Part shown: positions 18,396 through 29,495 of the stretch, piece by piece | How positions within the stretch are numbered: the first letter of the stretch is position 1 | How the letters are laid out: every line of letters starts with the position of its first letter | Source: a virus | IMG/VR virus record: IMGVR_UViG_3300015360_002548 | Strand: one strand, 5' to 3' | DNA: 47,471 bases | Position numbers and translations under genes: made by a program | The notes under the pieces: generated by a model | The model's database searches: none | What the model saw: only the letters and a program-made list of their open reading frames with translations | Told to the model about the DNA's origin: nothing

Positions 18396-18926
18396 TTAAA
18401 CAACTTCATTGAGTTTGTTGATTGGCACGTTGTAGCAATCAGCTTTGCAACGCCAATTATTGGCGGGATCAAATTGCCCTTGCTGAATGAATACAGCTTT
18501 CTCGAAATATTCTACTTTCGGAAGCTCGCCAACAATCCATGCTTTTGAAAAGTCTTTAAGAACTCTGACAAAAACATAATAGTCGCATTTCTGACTTGTG
18601 TTAAAATCAGCTACAGAACACTCAAAATGAGATTCTGGTTTACCGCTACATCGTTTAGTCTTTACGTCAGATGTTTTTCCATCTGGTCTAAGAACATCGT
18701 AGTCTTTGGTATTTGAAAGAATAGAGCCTGTAGCCTTGACAACAACAAGCTCTCCAAGAATGCCAGCAACATTTCCATCGCCTTTAGTAATGGAATTTTT
18801 TAATACTCCAAGTTCTTCTGCTTTTTTCTTTGCCTCTTTTATCATCTCTGGCGTGATTGTGACTTCTATCATTAGGAATCCTTTCCTTAAAGATAAAATG
18901 TTATCACAAATCAAATTATACCACAA
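18396..18926 (-). CDS. hypothetical protein
   Basis: ORF, 176 aa. Confidence 0.4.
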   Translation of the reverse strand: MWYNLICDNILSLRKGFLMIEVTITPEMIKEAKKKAEELGVLKNSITKGDGNVAGILGELVVVKATGSILSNTKDYDVLRPDGKTSDVKTKRCSGKPESHFECSVADFNTSQKCDYYVFVRVLKDFSKAWIVGELPKVEYFEKAVFIQQGQFDPANNWRCKADCYNVPINKLNEVV

Positions 18927-18936
18927 TGCGTATTGA

Positions 18937-19488
18937 TTAGATCAATTCTTCTTCTTTAGGAGCGGTGCTATTCTTAGGGATGTGATGATCCATTGAAAAC
19001 CCCTGTCTAGGCAACAGAATTGTTTCTAAATCTTCTAAGCTAAATGGTCTATAAGACCCAAGCAACAATTTTGCATTATCTACACCAACATCCATGCTCT
19101 TTCGTTCTGGCATATTGAGGTTCATCCAAGGTTCTGCTGATGTGTGTGAGTGCCCATAAAGCTGCCAACTTGCACGATGACTTCCATCCCATACAGCCAT
19201 TGCGTAGTGGCACAAAACTATACTGAACCTATGTTGTTGCAAAGGAATGGTGTGCATATAATGATTCTCATTAAAGAGATGGCTAATGAGATGAGGATCA
19301 TCGTGATTTCCCCAAACAATGTTCATGTTTTTGCATTTAATTCTACGTCGATAATTTTCGCATTTTCTGACGTAACTGTCTTTCTGTGCAAATGCAAAAT
19401 CTCCAAGATGCCAAAGAGTATCATCCGCTCCAACAATTGCATTGATATTATTGATAAATTCATCATTCATCATTTCAACAGCATCCAA
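18937..19488 (-). CDS. calcineurin-like metallophosphoesterase
   Basis: 'GDFAF' and 'NMNIVWGNHDDP' match metallophosphatase motifs. Confidence 0.6.
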   Translation of the reverse strand: MDAVEMMNDEFINNINAIVGADDTLWHLGDFAFAQKDSYVRKCENYRRRIKCKNMNIVWGNHDDPHLISHLFNENHYMHTIPLQQHRFSIVLCHYAMAVWDGSHRASWQLYGHSHTSAEPWMNLNMPERKSMDVGVDNAKLLLGSYRPFSLEDLETILLPRQGFSMDHHIPKNSTAPKEEELI

Positions 19489-19895
19489 TGTAATCCTCCA
19501 ATTACTAGATCGAGAACCTTTCCATGTGCCGTCGTGCCAAGAACCACCATTTTCTTCTAAAGCTTTTTCGTCAGCTTTCGTCAGAAATGGTCGATTACAA
19601 TATTTGATTATATTGCCATGGCCGAAAAGCTAATGAGTGTCGGCGGTAAACCATACCTTGCCAACACTCATGCCTCCTTTATGAGATTTGTTCATTATAA
19701 TCTCTTCTATTATTGAATCTTAATTACGTTTTAAGAAAGAATAGGAAGATTCAGTTGTTAAATCTATTCATTCATATCGCAACATACGTTGCATGACTAT
19801 CACAAACACAGTGTAGCCTTGAGGAATCTTACAGAACGCAGGATGGCTCCAAAAGAACGGGCATAAGGAATCTGTAAAAAATATTTTTCCCATTA

Positions 19896-20369
19896 TTATG
19901 CCTTGTCTTTTCTGAAATTATATCCATCTTCGATTTTTACCACATCAAGAAAATGATCCTCGAAGTAACGACGATTTACTCCAGTTGCAACAAATCCTTT
20001 ATTGCTGAAAAACAATTGTGCTGATAAATTAGACTCTCTCACACAAAGCTGCATCGAGTACCATTTTTTTCTTGTTGCAAGTCTATCCATCAAAAGAGTC
20101 GCAACTCCACGGCGTCGATAATCTTGATGCACCACTAAATTCACAACTTCAAGAAGATTTTTTGATTGCTCATAGATTGTGTACCCAATCGGCTTGTCGA
20201 ATTCTGTGATTACAAAACCTCCCATACCATATTTACTTTTCATCAATCTTCTAATATCAGGCTCTTTCAAGAAATTTTCAGAACTGTGTGATTCCAAAAA
20301 TTCGGCGTCTTTATAAAGACCTGCGTGCAACCATTTAATAAAATAGTTGTCTTTAACTGGCATAAGCAT
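19896..20369 (-). CDS. GNAT-family N-acetyltransferase
   Basis: 'VVHQDYRRRGVATLLMDRL' matches GNAT motif A. Confidence 0.6.
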   Translation of the reverse strand: MLMPVKDNYFIKWLHAGLYKDAEFLESHSSENFLKEPDIRRLMKSKYGMGGFVITEFDKPIGYTIYEQSKNLLEVVNLVVHQDYRRRGVATLLMDRLATRKKWYSMQLCVRESNLSAQLFFSNKGFVATGVNRRYFEDHFLDVVKIEDGYNFRKDKA

Positions 20370-20387
20370 GAGATTCCTTTCTCGTTG

Positions 20388-20999
20388 TTAAACCCAAATG
20401 CCATTTATGATTCCGTTTGGAATATATTTTTCATCTGGAGAAACCAAGCAATTTTTAACATATTGTTCACCATGGTTTTCAAATATATGTTTCCAACCAT
20501 AAGTTTCAACAATTTGATTTTCAATTGTAGGTCCAATATACTTTGTGAACCCATACAGAAAACGCATAACAGCCAACCTAGTTGGCTTAATGAGATTTTC
20601 TGTAAAAAGAGCTTCCTCGTAATTGTCCATTCTTGGATCATACATCATACCTGCCCGAATCAAAATGGTCAACAAAGACCGTTTCATTCTACACTCTTTC
20701 CAGAATACACTTGGTTCTATCCATAAAATTGTGTCACGATTCGTCATCGAATACTGGGAAAATTTTGATTGTTTAAGAACGATTTCAGTTTTGTTTAAAA
20801 AAGCTGCAACAGAATATCCTTTGGACGAAGGATGTGTAAAGAAAAATCCTGTAGTATTTTCATTCCAAATTCTTCCGAATCGTTCACGACAAGTTTCAAA
20901 TTTATGCGGAGGAAAATCCATTCCATAACATCCTTCTCCAACTTCAAAGTGCATAGAATAATTTATTTTTTTCTCTTTAAATATAATATGACGTATCAA
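20388..20999 (-). CDS. hypothetical protein
   Basis: ORF, 203 aa. Confidence 0.45.
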   Translation of the reverse strand: MIRHIIFKEKKINYSMHFEVGEGCYGMDFPPHKFETCRERFGRIWNENTTGFFFTHPSSKGYSVAAFLNKTEIVLKQSKFSQYSMTNRDTILWIEPSVFWKECRMKRSLLTILIRAGMMYDPRMDNYEEALFTENLIKPTRLAVMRFLYGFTKYIGPTIENQIVETYGWKHIFENHGEQYVKNCLVSPDEKYIPNGIINGIWV

Positions 21000-22040
21000 T
21001 CATCTTCTCCACAATTTTTGATTACAGTAATTCTGCTGATATTGACTATACACATCAACTTCGTCATCAAAAAGATTGATGAAATTATACGATTCATTGA
21101 ATCCAATTAATGTTTTACATCCAGTAATTTCACCGGGAATCTCAATCAATGTTACTTCAACATCTCGAATATGCGGCAAAACCTGTTTAACAGGAATTAA
21201 ATTTGTTGAAACATAATCCGGTGTGCTGTCTCGAACTAACTTAAGATTCAAAGTTTCTTGAATCTTATTATGAAATTTATTCCTGCAATCAACGTGCAAA
21301 GAAACATGATATGAAATCTTATCTGTATGTTTTGTTCTTGAAGATCCATTAATGACGATATTGCCAACATGCACAATTCCAGATTCTAGTTCAAGAAATT
21401 TAAACATTTTGGAGTCGAATCTAAACCAAAAATGATGTTGTTTTGTAAGAAATCCATCTAAAGGTTCTACTCTTGGGAGCCTTGCATACAGATAATCTGG
21501 TTTTTCCAAACCATTGTAAAATTGATTTAAAGAATGAAGACAAAGATGATCTCTTCCCATCTCTTCTAGTCCTATATTCTTAACTTTTTTCCATTCATAA
21601 TTCCATTCGTCGTGATATCCAAATCTTATGTCATATACAATAACTTCTATGACATTGTGTGGGCAAATTCTAAGATCAAAGCAGTCAGGATTCACGACCG
21701 TCTTTACATTATTTTTATTTTCATTGTTTGACCCTAACAAAACTCCAATTTTAGCAATGGAACTTTTCCCATCGATCCAAATTTCGCCAAGCATTGTTGA
21801 TGAATATTCAGCCCAATCATGGACTAAACTTGAATGAGTCACACGATACGATTTACCTGAATCATCAGATTTGTTCCTAACAAATTCCAATTTCAAAAGA
21901 TCTGTAGAAACATCTATTACATGTTCACCAAAAATTTCATTATCCAAATAAACTAAAATCTCTTGTCCCGGACAAACTTTTGCAATTTGTTGGACAGATT
22001 TGGGGTTTTGAATTATTATTGGAGAAAAACTTTTAGACAT
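21000..22040 (-). CDS. hypothetical protein
   Basis: ORF, 346 aa; abuts its neighbours. Confidence 0.45.
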   Translation of the reverse strand: MSKSFSPIIIQNPKSVQQIAKVCPGQEILVYLDNEIFGEHVIDVSTDLLKLEFVRNKSDDSGKSYRVTHSSLVHDWAEYSSTMLGEIWIDGKSSIAKIGVLLGSNNENKNNVKTVVNPDCFDLRICPHNVIEVIVYDIRFGYHDEWNYEWKKVKNIGLEEMGRDHLCLHSLNQFYNGLEKPDYLYARLPRVEPLDGFLTKQHHFWFRFDSKMFKFLELESGIVHVGNIVINGSSRTKHTDKISYHVSLHVDCRNKFHNKIQETLNLKLVRDSTPDYVSTNLIPVKQVLPHIRDVEVTLIEIPGEITGCKTLIGFNESYNFINLFDDEVDVYSQYQQNYCNQKLWRR

Positions 22041-22614
22041 TAACTAAATCTTCCAGCCATTTTGAGTGCCCATTTACCATTGGCATGATTTGATAATTGA
22101 ACTTTTTTATTATTTTTTCGGAATCTTCACTATCTGTCAGATAGTTTACAGCCCTTTTTAAGGCATTTGATCTTAACTCATAATCAAGTTCAGCAGAGGT
22201 GCTAAGTTCAACTTGACGATAAAAATTACTATCCATTTTTTTGGATATCCAACCATCGTACATATAAAGAAACATTTCCCATACCATAAAATTTCTGAAT
22301 TGGCTAGGAATCGAATAATATCCATTATCTTTATATTCCTTTACAATTTTTATGACTTCGAATTCGTACTTATCCCAATGAACATAATGATCTTTTTCTC
22401 TGCAATTAAACGCTCCTTGCCCATTATGCAAAGGTTGCATTTGAACAAACTCATAGTAACCCGGTTTTCCGATTTGCGGCCTCCACACAATATTAAAGAT
22501 GCTCCATCGAAATGGTGTGTCCTTAGTTTTCAAAAACAAATTAGATCTACTGTCAAACCGAATTAAAGGAATGTTTAATCGATGTCTTAGAACATACTCT
22601 TCGTGTATTCTCAT
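22033..22614 (-). CDS. hypothetical protein
   Basis: ORF, 193 aa; its stop overlaps the downstream start. Confidence 0.45.
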   Translation of the reverse strand: MRIHEEYVLRHRLNIPLIRFDSRSNLFLKTKDTPFRWSIFNIVWRPQIGKPGYYEFVQMQPLHNGQGAFNCREKDHYVHWDKYEFEVIKIVKEYKDNGYYSIPSQFRNFMVWEMFLYMYDGWISKKMDSNFYRQVELSTSAELDYELRSNALKRAVNYLTDSEDSEKIIKKFNYQIMPMVNGHSKWLEDLVNV

Positions 22615-22666
22615 TCATTGCCCTTCTTGCAGTAGCTGATGATTAAACCCAATGTACGAATCATGA

Positions 22667-22876
22667 CTACCCCTTAAGCAATAATTGTTTCTGCAACAGA
22701 TCTGTAGAAATCCACGCTCTTGTTTTTTCGTCCCAAATAATTGGAAATTCTTTAGGCATCGAGTCCAGCATGTCAAACAATTCAGCGTTCGAACTTGCTT
22801 TCTCTAAGCAACGATGAAACAACATCGGATGCAAATCAGAGTAACGATCTTTAAGAGCTTTTTGAACTTCATTCAT
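22667..22876 (-). CDS. small hypothetical protein
   Basis: ORF, 69 aa. Confidence 0.3.
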   Translation of the reverse strand: MNEVQKALKDRYSDLHPMLFHRCLEKASSNAELFDMLDSMPKEFPIIWDEKTRAWISTDLLQKQLLLKG

Positions 22877-22931
22877 TTACTGTAGATTATAAAAATCTTT
22901 TCCATTAGGCAATAGCAAGCATACATACAGC

Positions 22932-23156
22932 ATGAGATTTAAAGACTTTATTCAGTTTTCAGAAGCAGGCAGCGGATCAGATAATGGTTTGATGGGGTTT
23001 CCTGTCGCTTCAAGTGTAAGAAAGCCATCTGACGGACAGCCATTCAAAAACAACGGTCCTGTTGCTGGTCAAACGCCAAGAGGCAATACGGGTGGAGGCG
23101 GTGGAATGGGCGGTGGAAAGCCGATGTTTATGAAGAAAAAGATGAAAAAATCTTAA
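22932..23156 (+). CDS. small Gly-rich basic protein
   Basis: 74 aa with 'GNTGGGGGMGGGKP' and a lysine-rich C-terminus; isolated plus-strand ORF. Confidence 0.3.
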   Translation: MRFKDFIQFSEAGSGSDNGLMGFPVASSVRKPSDGQPFKNNGPVAGQTPRGNTGGGGGMGGGKPMFMKKKMKKS

Positions 23157-24073
23157 GGTTCATAAATTTGCAAATAACTATCAGGCGTCTTTTTTGCCAA
23201 AATATCACTCGATAAATCAGTCATGTATCTCTTGAATGTAATGTCAAAATCATCATATGAATCAAAACCAGTCCATTTCTTTAAACTGTTTTCTGGATCA
23301 GTAATAGAATCTTTTATTACATGATGAAATTTTTCTTGTCCAAATTCTTTTCGAATCATAAGACAAAAAATCACAGCAGAAGAATCAAACGAAGATTTCT
23401 GATCTTCTGGCAACTTGATGTATTCTTCTTTTGTAAGATTTAGCAATGCTTTGCTAAAATACATTACAGAATTTGTTTTAATCGGCTCATTAACATTCGC
23501 CACAGTTCGACTAATATCATCCAATGGTCCATTCAACAATGACATTCCACGATATGTCCACCACGCAAAATCTTCATTATACTTATTGCCGAATTCTGCT
23601 AAGCACACATCAGTCAATGGGACTGGAACAGAATGTGATGGCGAATTATATGCCAATAAGAAAATTACAGTTTCTTTAATTCTTCCTTGTCCATCTCTGC
23701 GAATCTCTACTTTTGTTTTTTTGATCTTAAACAGCTTTTCAAATAAAACTGGATCATCGATGCATATTAATTTACATTGACCAGAAAAATCTGTATCAAA
23801 AAGTCCCCAACGAGCCAGAATCCATGTTTTGACCATTTCAAGATGTTGATTCAAATACTTAGCATAAGAATCATTTATCGCCAACACAACGAAGTTTTTG
23901 CTTGTCCAACGATTCCATTGCAACCCATCAATCTCTTTAGGGACATTGCCAGATCTAATATATGAACTTTCTTCTCTTATTTCTATTGGATTTAGAACCT
24001 TACGGATCTCTTCCTGAGAGAAAACTGAGTTCATCATACTGAATAAAATTGCAAAACTTAGTAAAAACTTCAT
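23153..24073 (-). CDS. secreted protein with an N-terminal signal peptide
   Basis: 'MKFLLSFAILFSMMNSVFSQEE' is a hydrophobic leader. Confidence 0.5.
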   Translation of the reverse strand: MKFLLSFAILFSMMNSVFSQEEIRKVLNPIEIREESSYIRSGNVPKEIDGLQWNRWTSKNFVVLAINDSYAKYLNQHLEMVKTWILARWGLFDTDFSGQCKLICIDDPVLFEKLFKIKKTKVEIRRDGQGRIKETVIFLLAYNSPSHSVPVPLTDVCLAEFGNKYNEDFAWWTYRGMSLLNGPLDDISRTVANVNEPIKTNSVMYFSKALLNLTKEEYIKLPEDQKSSFDSSAVIFCLMIRKEFGQEKFHHVIKDSITDPENSLKKWTGFDSYDDFDITFKRYMTDLSSDILAKKTPDSYLQIYEP

Positions 24074-24103
24074 TTGTGCTCCAGATACACTCGCATCTAG
24101 TAA

Positions 24104-24658
24104 TTAGGCTGCCAATTCAGTTCTTAGATCTTCTTCGGTCCAATTGTCTCGAATTCGTTCTTTATACTGCTTCATTAACTGGCTAATCCTGCCCTCTGAT
24201 ACGCCAATTTTATCACCAACCTCCTTCATAGAAAGCTCGTCAATAAAATAGTGTCTGAGGACAGACTTGGCTTGATTATCCAATTTTAGAGAAATCACTT
24301 CAAGAATTTCTTCTTGGTCTGTTATCTCTTCTTTAGCTTCAATTGTGTCTCCCAAAACGTATGAATCTTTATCGGCCATAGGGGCGTCCAAACTTATTAT
24401 ACGACATGTGTCACCTCTTTTCATCCAGCCTTGATTTCTAAGATAATCAATGATTGCACCATTAATTCTCGGATAGGCGAATGTCGAAAAACAAACACCA
24501 AAATCTGGATTATATCGATTTGCAGCCTCCACTAATCCAAGGTAAGCGGCTGACCGCAAATCCTCAATATCAATGAAACGTGGCAATGACTTCTTCTTCT
24601 GAAAAACAATCTTATTAGCCAAAGGAACATATTGCTCCACAAGTTGTGTAGTTGACAT
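24104..24658 (-). CDS. sigma-70 family RNA polymerase sigma factor (FliA/SigF-like, regions 2 and 4)
   Basis: Region 2 'AAYLGLVEAANRYNPDFGVCFSTFAYPRINGAIIDYL'; region 4 HTH 'LSMKEVGDKIGVSEGRISQLMKQ'. Confidence 0.75.
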   Translation of the reverse strand: MSTTQLVEQYVPLANKIVFQKKKSLPRFIDIEDLRSAAYLGLVEAANRYNPDFGVCFSTFAYPRINGAIIDYLRNQGWMKRGDTCRIISLDAPMADKDSYVLGDTIEAKEEITDQEEILEVISLKLDNQAKSVLRHYFIDELSMKEVGDKIGVSEGRISQLMKQYKERIRDNWTEEDLRTELAA

Positions 24659-24736
24659 GGTAAACTCCGTAATTTTGTAAAAGTAAAGTAAGCATAAGTT
24701 GCTGTACTAAAGTAGTTTGTAAGTTAAAAGTATATA

Positions 24737-25708
24737 TCAAATTTCAAGTATAAAAGCAAGTAATTCTGAAGCCTGCTTTGAATAACAAGTTTCAGCAGAT
24801 TGGCTTGTTATCTTATTTAAAAACCAAATCTTTGTATCAAAAAGTTCTTTATCTAAAAAATAAAAGCTTTCTGATCCTTCTAATCCAAGAATCCGCAAAA
24901 CTTCAGAAACAGAATTTGATTTTTGAATATTTTCTGGCACAGAATTGGAATTGCAGCAATTGTCAACAAAACACAATAGAAGATGAACCCAATTTTTAAT
25001 ATGATTTTCATCTAACAAGCACTCCGGAAATCTGAATTCAACAGTTTTACGAGGGTGCATTGGATTTATTTGACCAATCCTGTAACCAATTGGGTTGACT
25101 GTATATCGCTTGTCTGGATTGTCATGAATCCCAAGATTTTGAGGAGCCATATCATCCCAAAACCTCTTTAAGTTCAAAGGATTGTAAATGGCATTTTGAG
25201 TGATTTTCCTGATATTTAAGAATTGACAATATTGATTACTCAGTCTTTGAGACGCACAAGCCGACATTACACAAAACTCAATTTTAAGCCATCGAGCAAT
25301 CATCAATCCTATATTTTCTGGAGTCAAATCAGAAACATCAATATGAATGTGATATCCGCAATTTTTGTTTGTTGAAACTCCTTGGCTTTTCAACCACGAT
25401 CCTGCTTCTGAAATATCATTCAAATCTGATTGGGAACTGCCGATAAAAGATGCAATCTCCCAACCATGATCTTCTGACTTTCCAATAGGGCCACATGTGG
25501 AATCATACTTTACATGCCAGTAATCATTGTTATTGGTGTCTTCCCAGCCCTTTGCTCCGGAAGTTACCTTTACACGTCTGGATGTTCCATAAAACATCTC
25601 AAAATCTTCAAGAAGATGCCCGATTTTTGTCTTGTGTAAATCTGGAGACACTTCAAGCTCGACTCCAAATTTTCTTGTATGAGGAGTTGTTTTGAATACG
25701 ACTTTCAT
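24737..25708 (-). CDS. hypothetical protein
   Basis: ORF, 323 aa. Confidence 0.45.
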   Translation of the reverse strand: MKVVFKTTPHTRKFGVELEVSPDLHKTKIGHLLEDFEMFYGTSRRVKVTSGAKGWEDTNNNDYWHVKYDSTCGPIGKSEDHGWEIASFIGSSQSDLNDISEAGSWLKSQGVSTNKNCGYHIHIDVSDLTPENIGLMIARWLKIEFCVMSACASQRLSNQYCQFLNIRKITQNAIYNPLNLKRFWDDMAPQNLGIHDNPDKRYTVNPIGYRIGQINPMHPRKTVEFRFPECLLDENHIKNWVHLLLCFVDNCCNSNSVPENIQKSNSVSEVLRILGLEGSESFYFLDKELFDTKIWFLNKITSQSAETCYSKQASELLAFILEI

Positions 25709-25723
25709 CCATGATGCCTTGTA

Positions 25724-26041
25724 TTATTGCTGACTAATGCCGTCCCAATTCCTCGTTGGAGTTAATCTTCTGTCCATTCCATCTGTAAAAGGCTCCGCCT
25801 TACCGTTCAAGACAGCCACATCGTAGGTTGGCGGTCCATTGGCAGGAAGGTCAATAAGTGTACCAGACGGTTTGACCTTTTCTTCAATGTCACTTTCATT
25901 CTGATCAAAATATTTTATCATTTTTGATACTGATCCAGCGATAGCAATCAAAATGAAAGTGTCCACAATTAAAAACAAAACAATAATTGCCAAAATAATT
26001 TCCATTATTCGATTATACCAAAACTTGAGTTGTAAGGTCAA
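25724..26041 (-). CDS. small membrane protein
   Basis: TM segment 'ILAIIVLFLIVDTFILIAIAGS'. Confidence 0.4.
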   Translation of the reverse strand: MTLQLKFWYNRIMEIILAIIVLFLIVDTFILIAIAGSVSKMIKYFDQNESDIEEKVKPSGTLIDLPANGPPTYDVAVLNGKAEPFTDGMDRRLTPTRNWDGISQQ

Positions 26042-29000
26042 TTCTTTTTTGATACGAGTCCAATCCTGCTTGAGATACTGTAAAAATTAAATCTGGATTT
26101 AATCTCCAAGAATTGGTTTTAAAAAGACCAACATCATCATAAAGAATAGATTGATAAATCGACGCAGTTGGTGTTATTTCTGTAAATTCTGTTTGTGTGT
26201 CAAAGACAAACTTAAACTTCAATTCATTTGCAGAACATATTTCGTCCGGAAGAACACCAACAGTAACTCTTGTGTTGAAATTTTCTCCAGTCGTTAAATT
26301 CTTTCTAACAACTTCCATTGAAAGATTCCAAATCTGACGACCAATAAAAATTGAGCCTAAATTATATGTACATTTAACATCAAACATAATGTTCCATGTT
26401 TCTTCAGAATTAGAATCTGATGACAATCCTTTATAATGCAAGTTAGTTTGCCAAGAATCATTCGGAAGATTGTATTGCATTCTCAATCTATCAGAAATCT
26501 TCAAACTGTTTCTTCTCAAAAACTGAGCCAAATTATTATCCCTTGCAATTGCGTGTTCTAAATTTAAAGTAAGAGGAATATCACCGCAACCACAACGATC
26601 CAACCGATTTGTAAGAGCCTTAGCATCTTGCAAATCTTTATCCAGATCAAATTGAACCAAAATTTGGTCAACTGTCATGTTAAATTCTAAATCTTGCATC
26701 AATTTTCCAATATCACTAGAATTGTAATCACTGCCGCCAAGCACAAAAGTGACATTTCCATCAGGACGATAATTCCAATGATTCGTTCTGCGAAGAGCCA
26801 CACCGCCCATGGTAATTCCACCAATTCCAACAACTATAAAATCTGAATCAGAATTACTGCTAGAAATAATAATTCCTCCAGAAGCAATTTGCTGGCTTCT
26901 TGCAGAAACACGTGATGTGCCGATTAGTTTGGCTCCACCAATTCCAAATTCAAAATACGGCTTAACATCTGCATTCCCGCCAGACAACACTCCGCCAAAT
27001 GTTTCTATGTATTGGAAGCTTGGACGACAAACAGCAGAGCCTGCTACAATTGGACCACCTGAAGCCTCATATGGAAGACCCAGCTCATATTGCCCGCTTA
27101 TTCTAACAAATCTTCCATTTGGTTTGTATTTAGCACCAAGTCTATTCTTAGATTTTCCATCAATTTCAATTCCTCCAGAAGCAATCCAATTAAAGGCTGA
27201 AGAAACAATATTTGCAGAACCTGCAATTCTGATTCTTTGGTTTTGTGAAGATTCGTACACAATTTCAACAGTAATAAAATCAATGGAAGCTATTGTTGGC
27301 GAAATTAAATTTATGGATTCTGCTCTTAAAGCAAATCCAATTGAATGATCATTAAGATCATCAACATCAAAAATATCGGTAAAATCATAAACAGTTTGTG
27401 ACTCAATCATATAAGGCCAATCAATTCCAATCTTGGCTTGATTTTCTGAAATTATATCATTTCTTGAAATAATGTATGCACCCAAATCTCTTACGCCTAA
27501 TTGATTTGACTTTCTTTGAACAGTTACATAAAAATGCAAAATATCAGAATCTAAAGGAATGTTAAAATCAAACCCTTTAATGATTAAGAACTCACTCTTA
27601 CTACCATAGCTTATATCTGTTGAAGAAAACAAACCATCGTCAACAATGACACGGTCAGTAAGGCTCCACTCCTGATCTCCTGTTTCTTCTCTTAAACTTT
27701 CTGTTTCTTCTGCTACTCTAACTCTAGTGGTACTTGGAGACTCTCCACCAATAAATCTCCAAGCTGAAGAAACAGGATACACATCTCCACCCATGAAAAT
27801 TCCACCAGAAGATTCATGATAATAACCGCTACCTCTGTTGCCCGCTCCTCCGCCTATAATTATTCCGCCAGAAGCAATATGTGGAAAATTTGGAATAAAA
27901 CTTTCATATCTTGATTCAGCAGACCCAGTAATGAAAATGTTCCCAGATGCGTAATAATCAGATCCGCTATATGAAGTACGTATAATATCAAAATCAAAAT
28001 CGACAATCATATCAAAATCAACACAGAATTCTTCACATCTAGGAATCTGGCAAAGAGGAACATCAATGAATGTATTGCAATCATCATCAACATTTACCCC
28101 TTGTGATTTCAAGTTTTTGATTTCCGAATTATCTGCTGGCAATAAGAATCTTTGAGCACTCTCAATTGTCATTTTGTATCTTCTTGTTGCCAACTTATCA
28201 CAAATTTCACTTAAAGATCTTGCGTGAATATTCATGATATATCGTTGGCAACATGGATCATGACATTTATCCTTTGCAATAATACGATACCAATAATTTA
28301 ATAACCTTCCTGTGTTCCATAGAAATGTAATATCAGTTTCTATTCGACCACTGGTATTCCACAAAAACGACAGATCAATTAGAAATTTAAGATTTGAGAA
28401 CCCTGTGCCGCTAATTTCAATCCCGCCAGTAGTCGTGTATTTTCTATTTTTAATCCCATATTTGGAGCTTCCACCAACAATAGCTGTTCCAGTGGCAACA
28501 TGGCGATAAAACTTCTTTTTAGAAACTATAGCAGACCCTCGTGCTACTGCCCCTCCAATTGAATTTACGTAATCAACAAATGTCAAATTTGCTGTGCCTG
28601 CGACTTTTAATCCGCCTTTAACAGAAAATCCAATAGATATAGAAGACGAGCCTCCTGCTCGAACTCCACCTTTTGCAAAAATCAAAACTTTTACATTAGA
28701 AGCTCCTCCGACTCGGACTCCGCCAGTTGCGACTCTTCTACTTCTGATTGCAACAATTGCTGAAGAACCACAAACAACTCCACCAGCAGATATATCAGTG
28801 CTCCTTCTAAATTTAGCAACCGTTGATGTGCCGCCAAGAATCGTTCCGCCAGTTCCAACTATTACATAATCGTAAACACGAAAATAATCTAAAGCAGCAC
28901 CAATTATGTCAACCGGGTCACTTAAGAAAAATCCAACACCCTTATGATTCTGAAAAGTTGAACCAATAGCAATATTGTTGACTGTAGAAATTTGTCCAGT

Positions 29001-29480
29001 TGATTGATTGCTGAAAACAAGGTCTTGTTTATCTCCTTTGCTGATAAGATTAAACAAGACACTGTGATTTGTTAAATACGTGAACGAAGCGTATAAACTG
29101 CCTGTATCAGAATGAACTCCTCCAATGCAAATGTATTGCGTAACACCTGCAACACCTGCACCACCTACTTGATGCACAATTTTCAAATATCTAAAATTAC
29201 TGGGATCTTGAAATCGATAAATAATCCACAACTCATAGTCTTGTGTTTGAGTAGTTTCTGGAACGACATATCGAACTTCAATTGTAGAATCAGCCGCTCC
29301 ATCTGTCCTGTATTTTATAGCAGGAATAGCTGTGGAGTCTCCACGATACGCAAACCAACTTGTGACACTTGTATATGACGTTAAGTTTGTGTAGTAGTTG
29401 CTTTGATTAATTTCATTGCCGGGGTTAGTATCTGACCATCCGGAAAAATTTTTAAAATTTGCATTAATTAAAAGTGTCAT
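26013..29480 (-). CDS. large structural protein (1155 aa) with Gly-rich beta-helix-like repeats; candidate tail fiber or baseplate component
   Basis: Dozens of ~18-aa '..GG....GSA.V' repeats and 'ASGGIIIGG' motifs; its size and composition are typical of phage fibre proteins. Confidence 0.5.
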   Translation of the reverse strand: MTLLINANFKNFSGWSDTNPGNEINQSNYYTNLTSYTSVTSWFAYRGDSTAIPAIKYRTDGAADSTIEVRYVVPETTQTQDYELWIIYRFQDPSNFRYLKIVHQVGGAGVAGVTQYICIGGVHSDTGSLYASFTYLTNHSVLFNLISKGDKQDLVFSNQSTGQISTVNNIAIGSTFQNHKGVGFFLSDPVDIIGAALDYFRVYDYVIVGTGGTILGGTSTVAKFRRSTDISAGGVVCGSSAIVAIRSRRVATGGVRVGGASNVKVLIFAKGGVRAGGSSSISIGFSVKGGLKVAGTANLTFVDYVNSIGGAVARGSAIVSKKKFYRHVATGTAIVGGSSKYGIKNRKYTTTGGIEISGTGFSNLKFLIDLSFLWNTSGRIETDITFLWNTGRLLNYWYRIIAKDKCHDPCCQRYIMNIHARSLSEICDKLATRRYKMTIESAQRFLLPADNSEIKNLKSQGVNVDDDCNTFIDVPLCQIPRCEEFCVDFDMIVDFDFDIIRTSYSGSDYYASGNIFITGSAESRYESFIPNFPHIASGGIIIGGGAGNRGSGYYHESSGGIFMGGDVYPVSSAWRFIGGESPSTTRVRVAEETESLREETGDQEWSLTDRVIVDDGLFSSTDISYGSKSEFLIIKGFDFNIPLDSDILHFYVTVQRKSNQLGVRDLGAYIISRNDIISENQAKIGIDWPYMIESQTVYDFTDIFDVDDLNDHSIGFALRAESINLISPTIASIDFITVEIVYESSQNQRIRIAGSANIVSSAFNWIASGGIEIDGKSKNRLGAKYKPNGRFVRISGQYELGLPYEASGGPIVAGSAVCRPSFQYIETFGGVLSGGNADVKPYFEFGIGGAKLIGTSRVSARSQQIASGGIIISSSNSDSDFIVVGIGGITMGGVALRRTNHWNYRPDGNVTFVLGGSDYNSSDIGKLMQDLEFNMTVDQILVQFDLDKDLQDAKALTNRLDRCGCGDIPLTLNLEHAIARDNNLAQFLRRNSLKISDRLRMQYNLPNDSWQTNLHYKGLSSDSNSEETWNIMFDVKCTYNLGSIFIGRQIWNLSMEVVRKNLTTGENFNTRVTVGVLPDEICSANELKFKFVFDTQTEFTEITPTASIYQSILYDDVGLFKTNSWRLNPDLIFTVSQAGLDSYQKRIDLTTQVLV

Positions 29481-29495
29481 TATATTTTATCCAGA

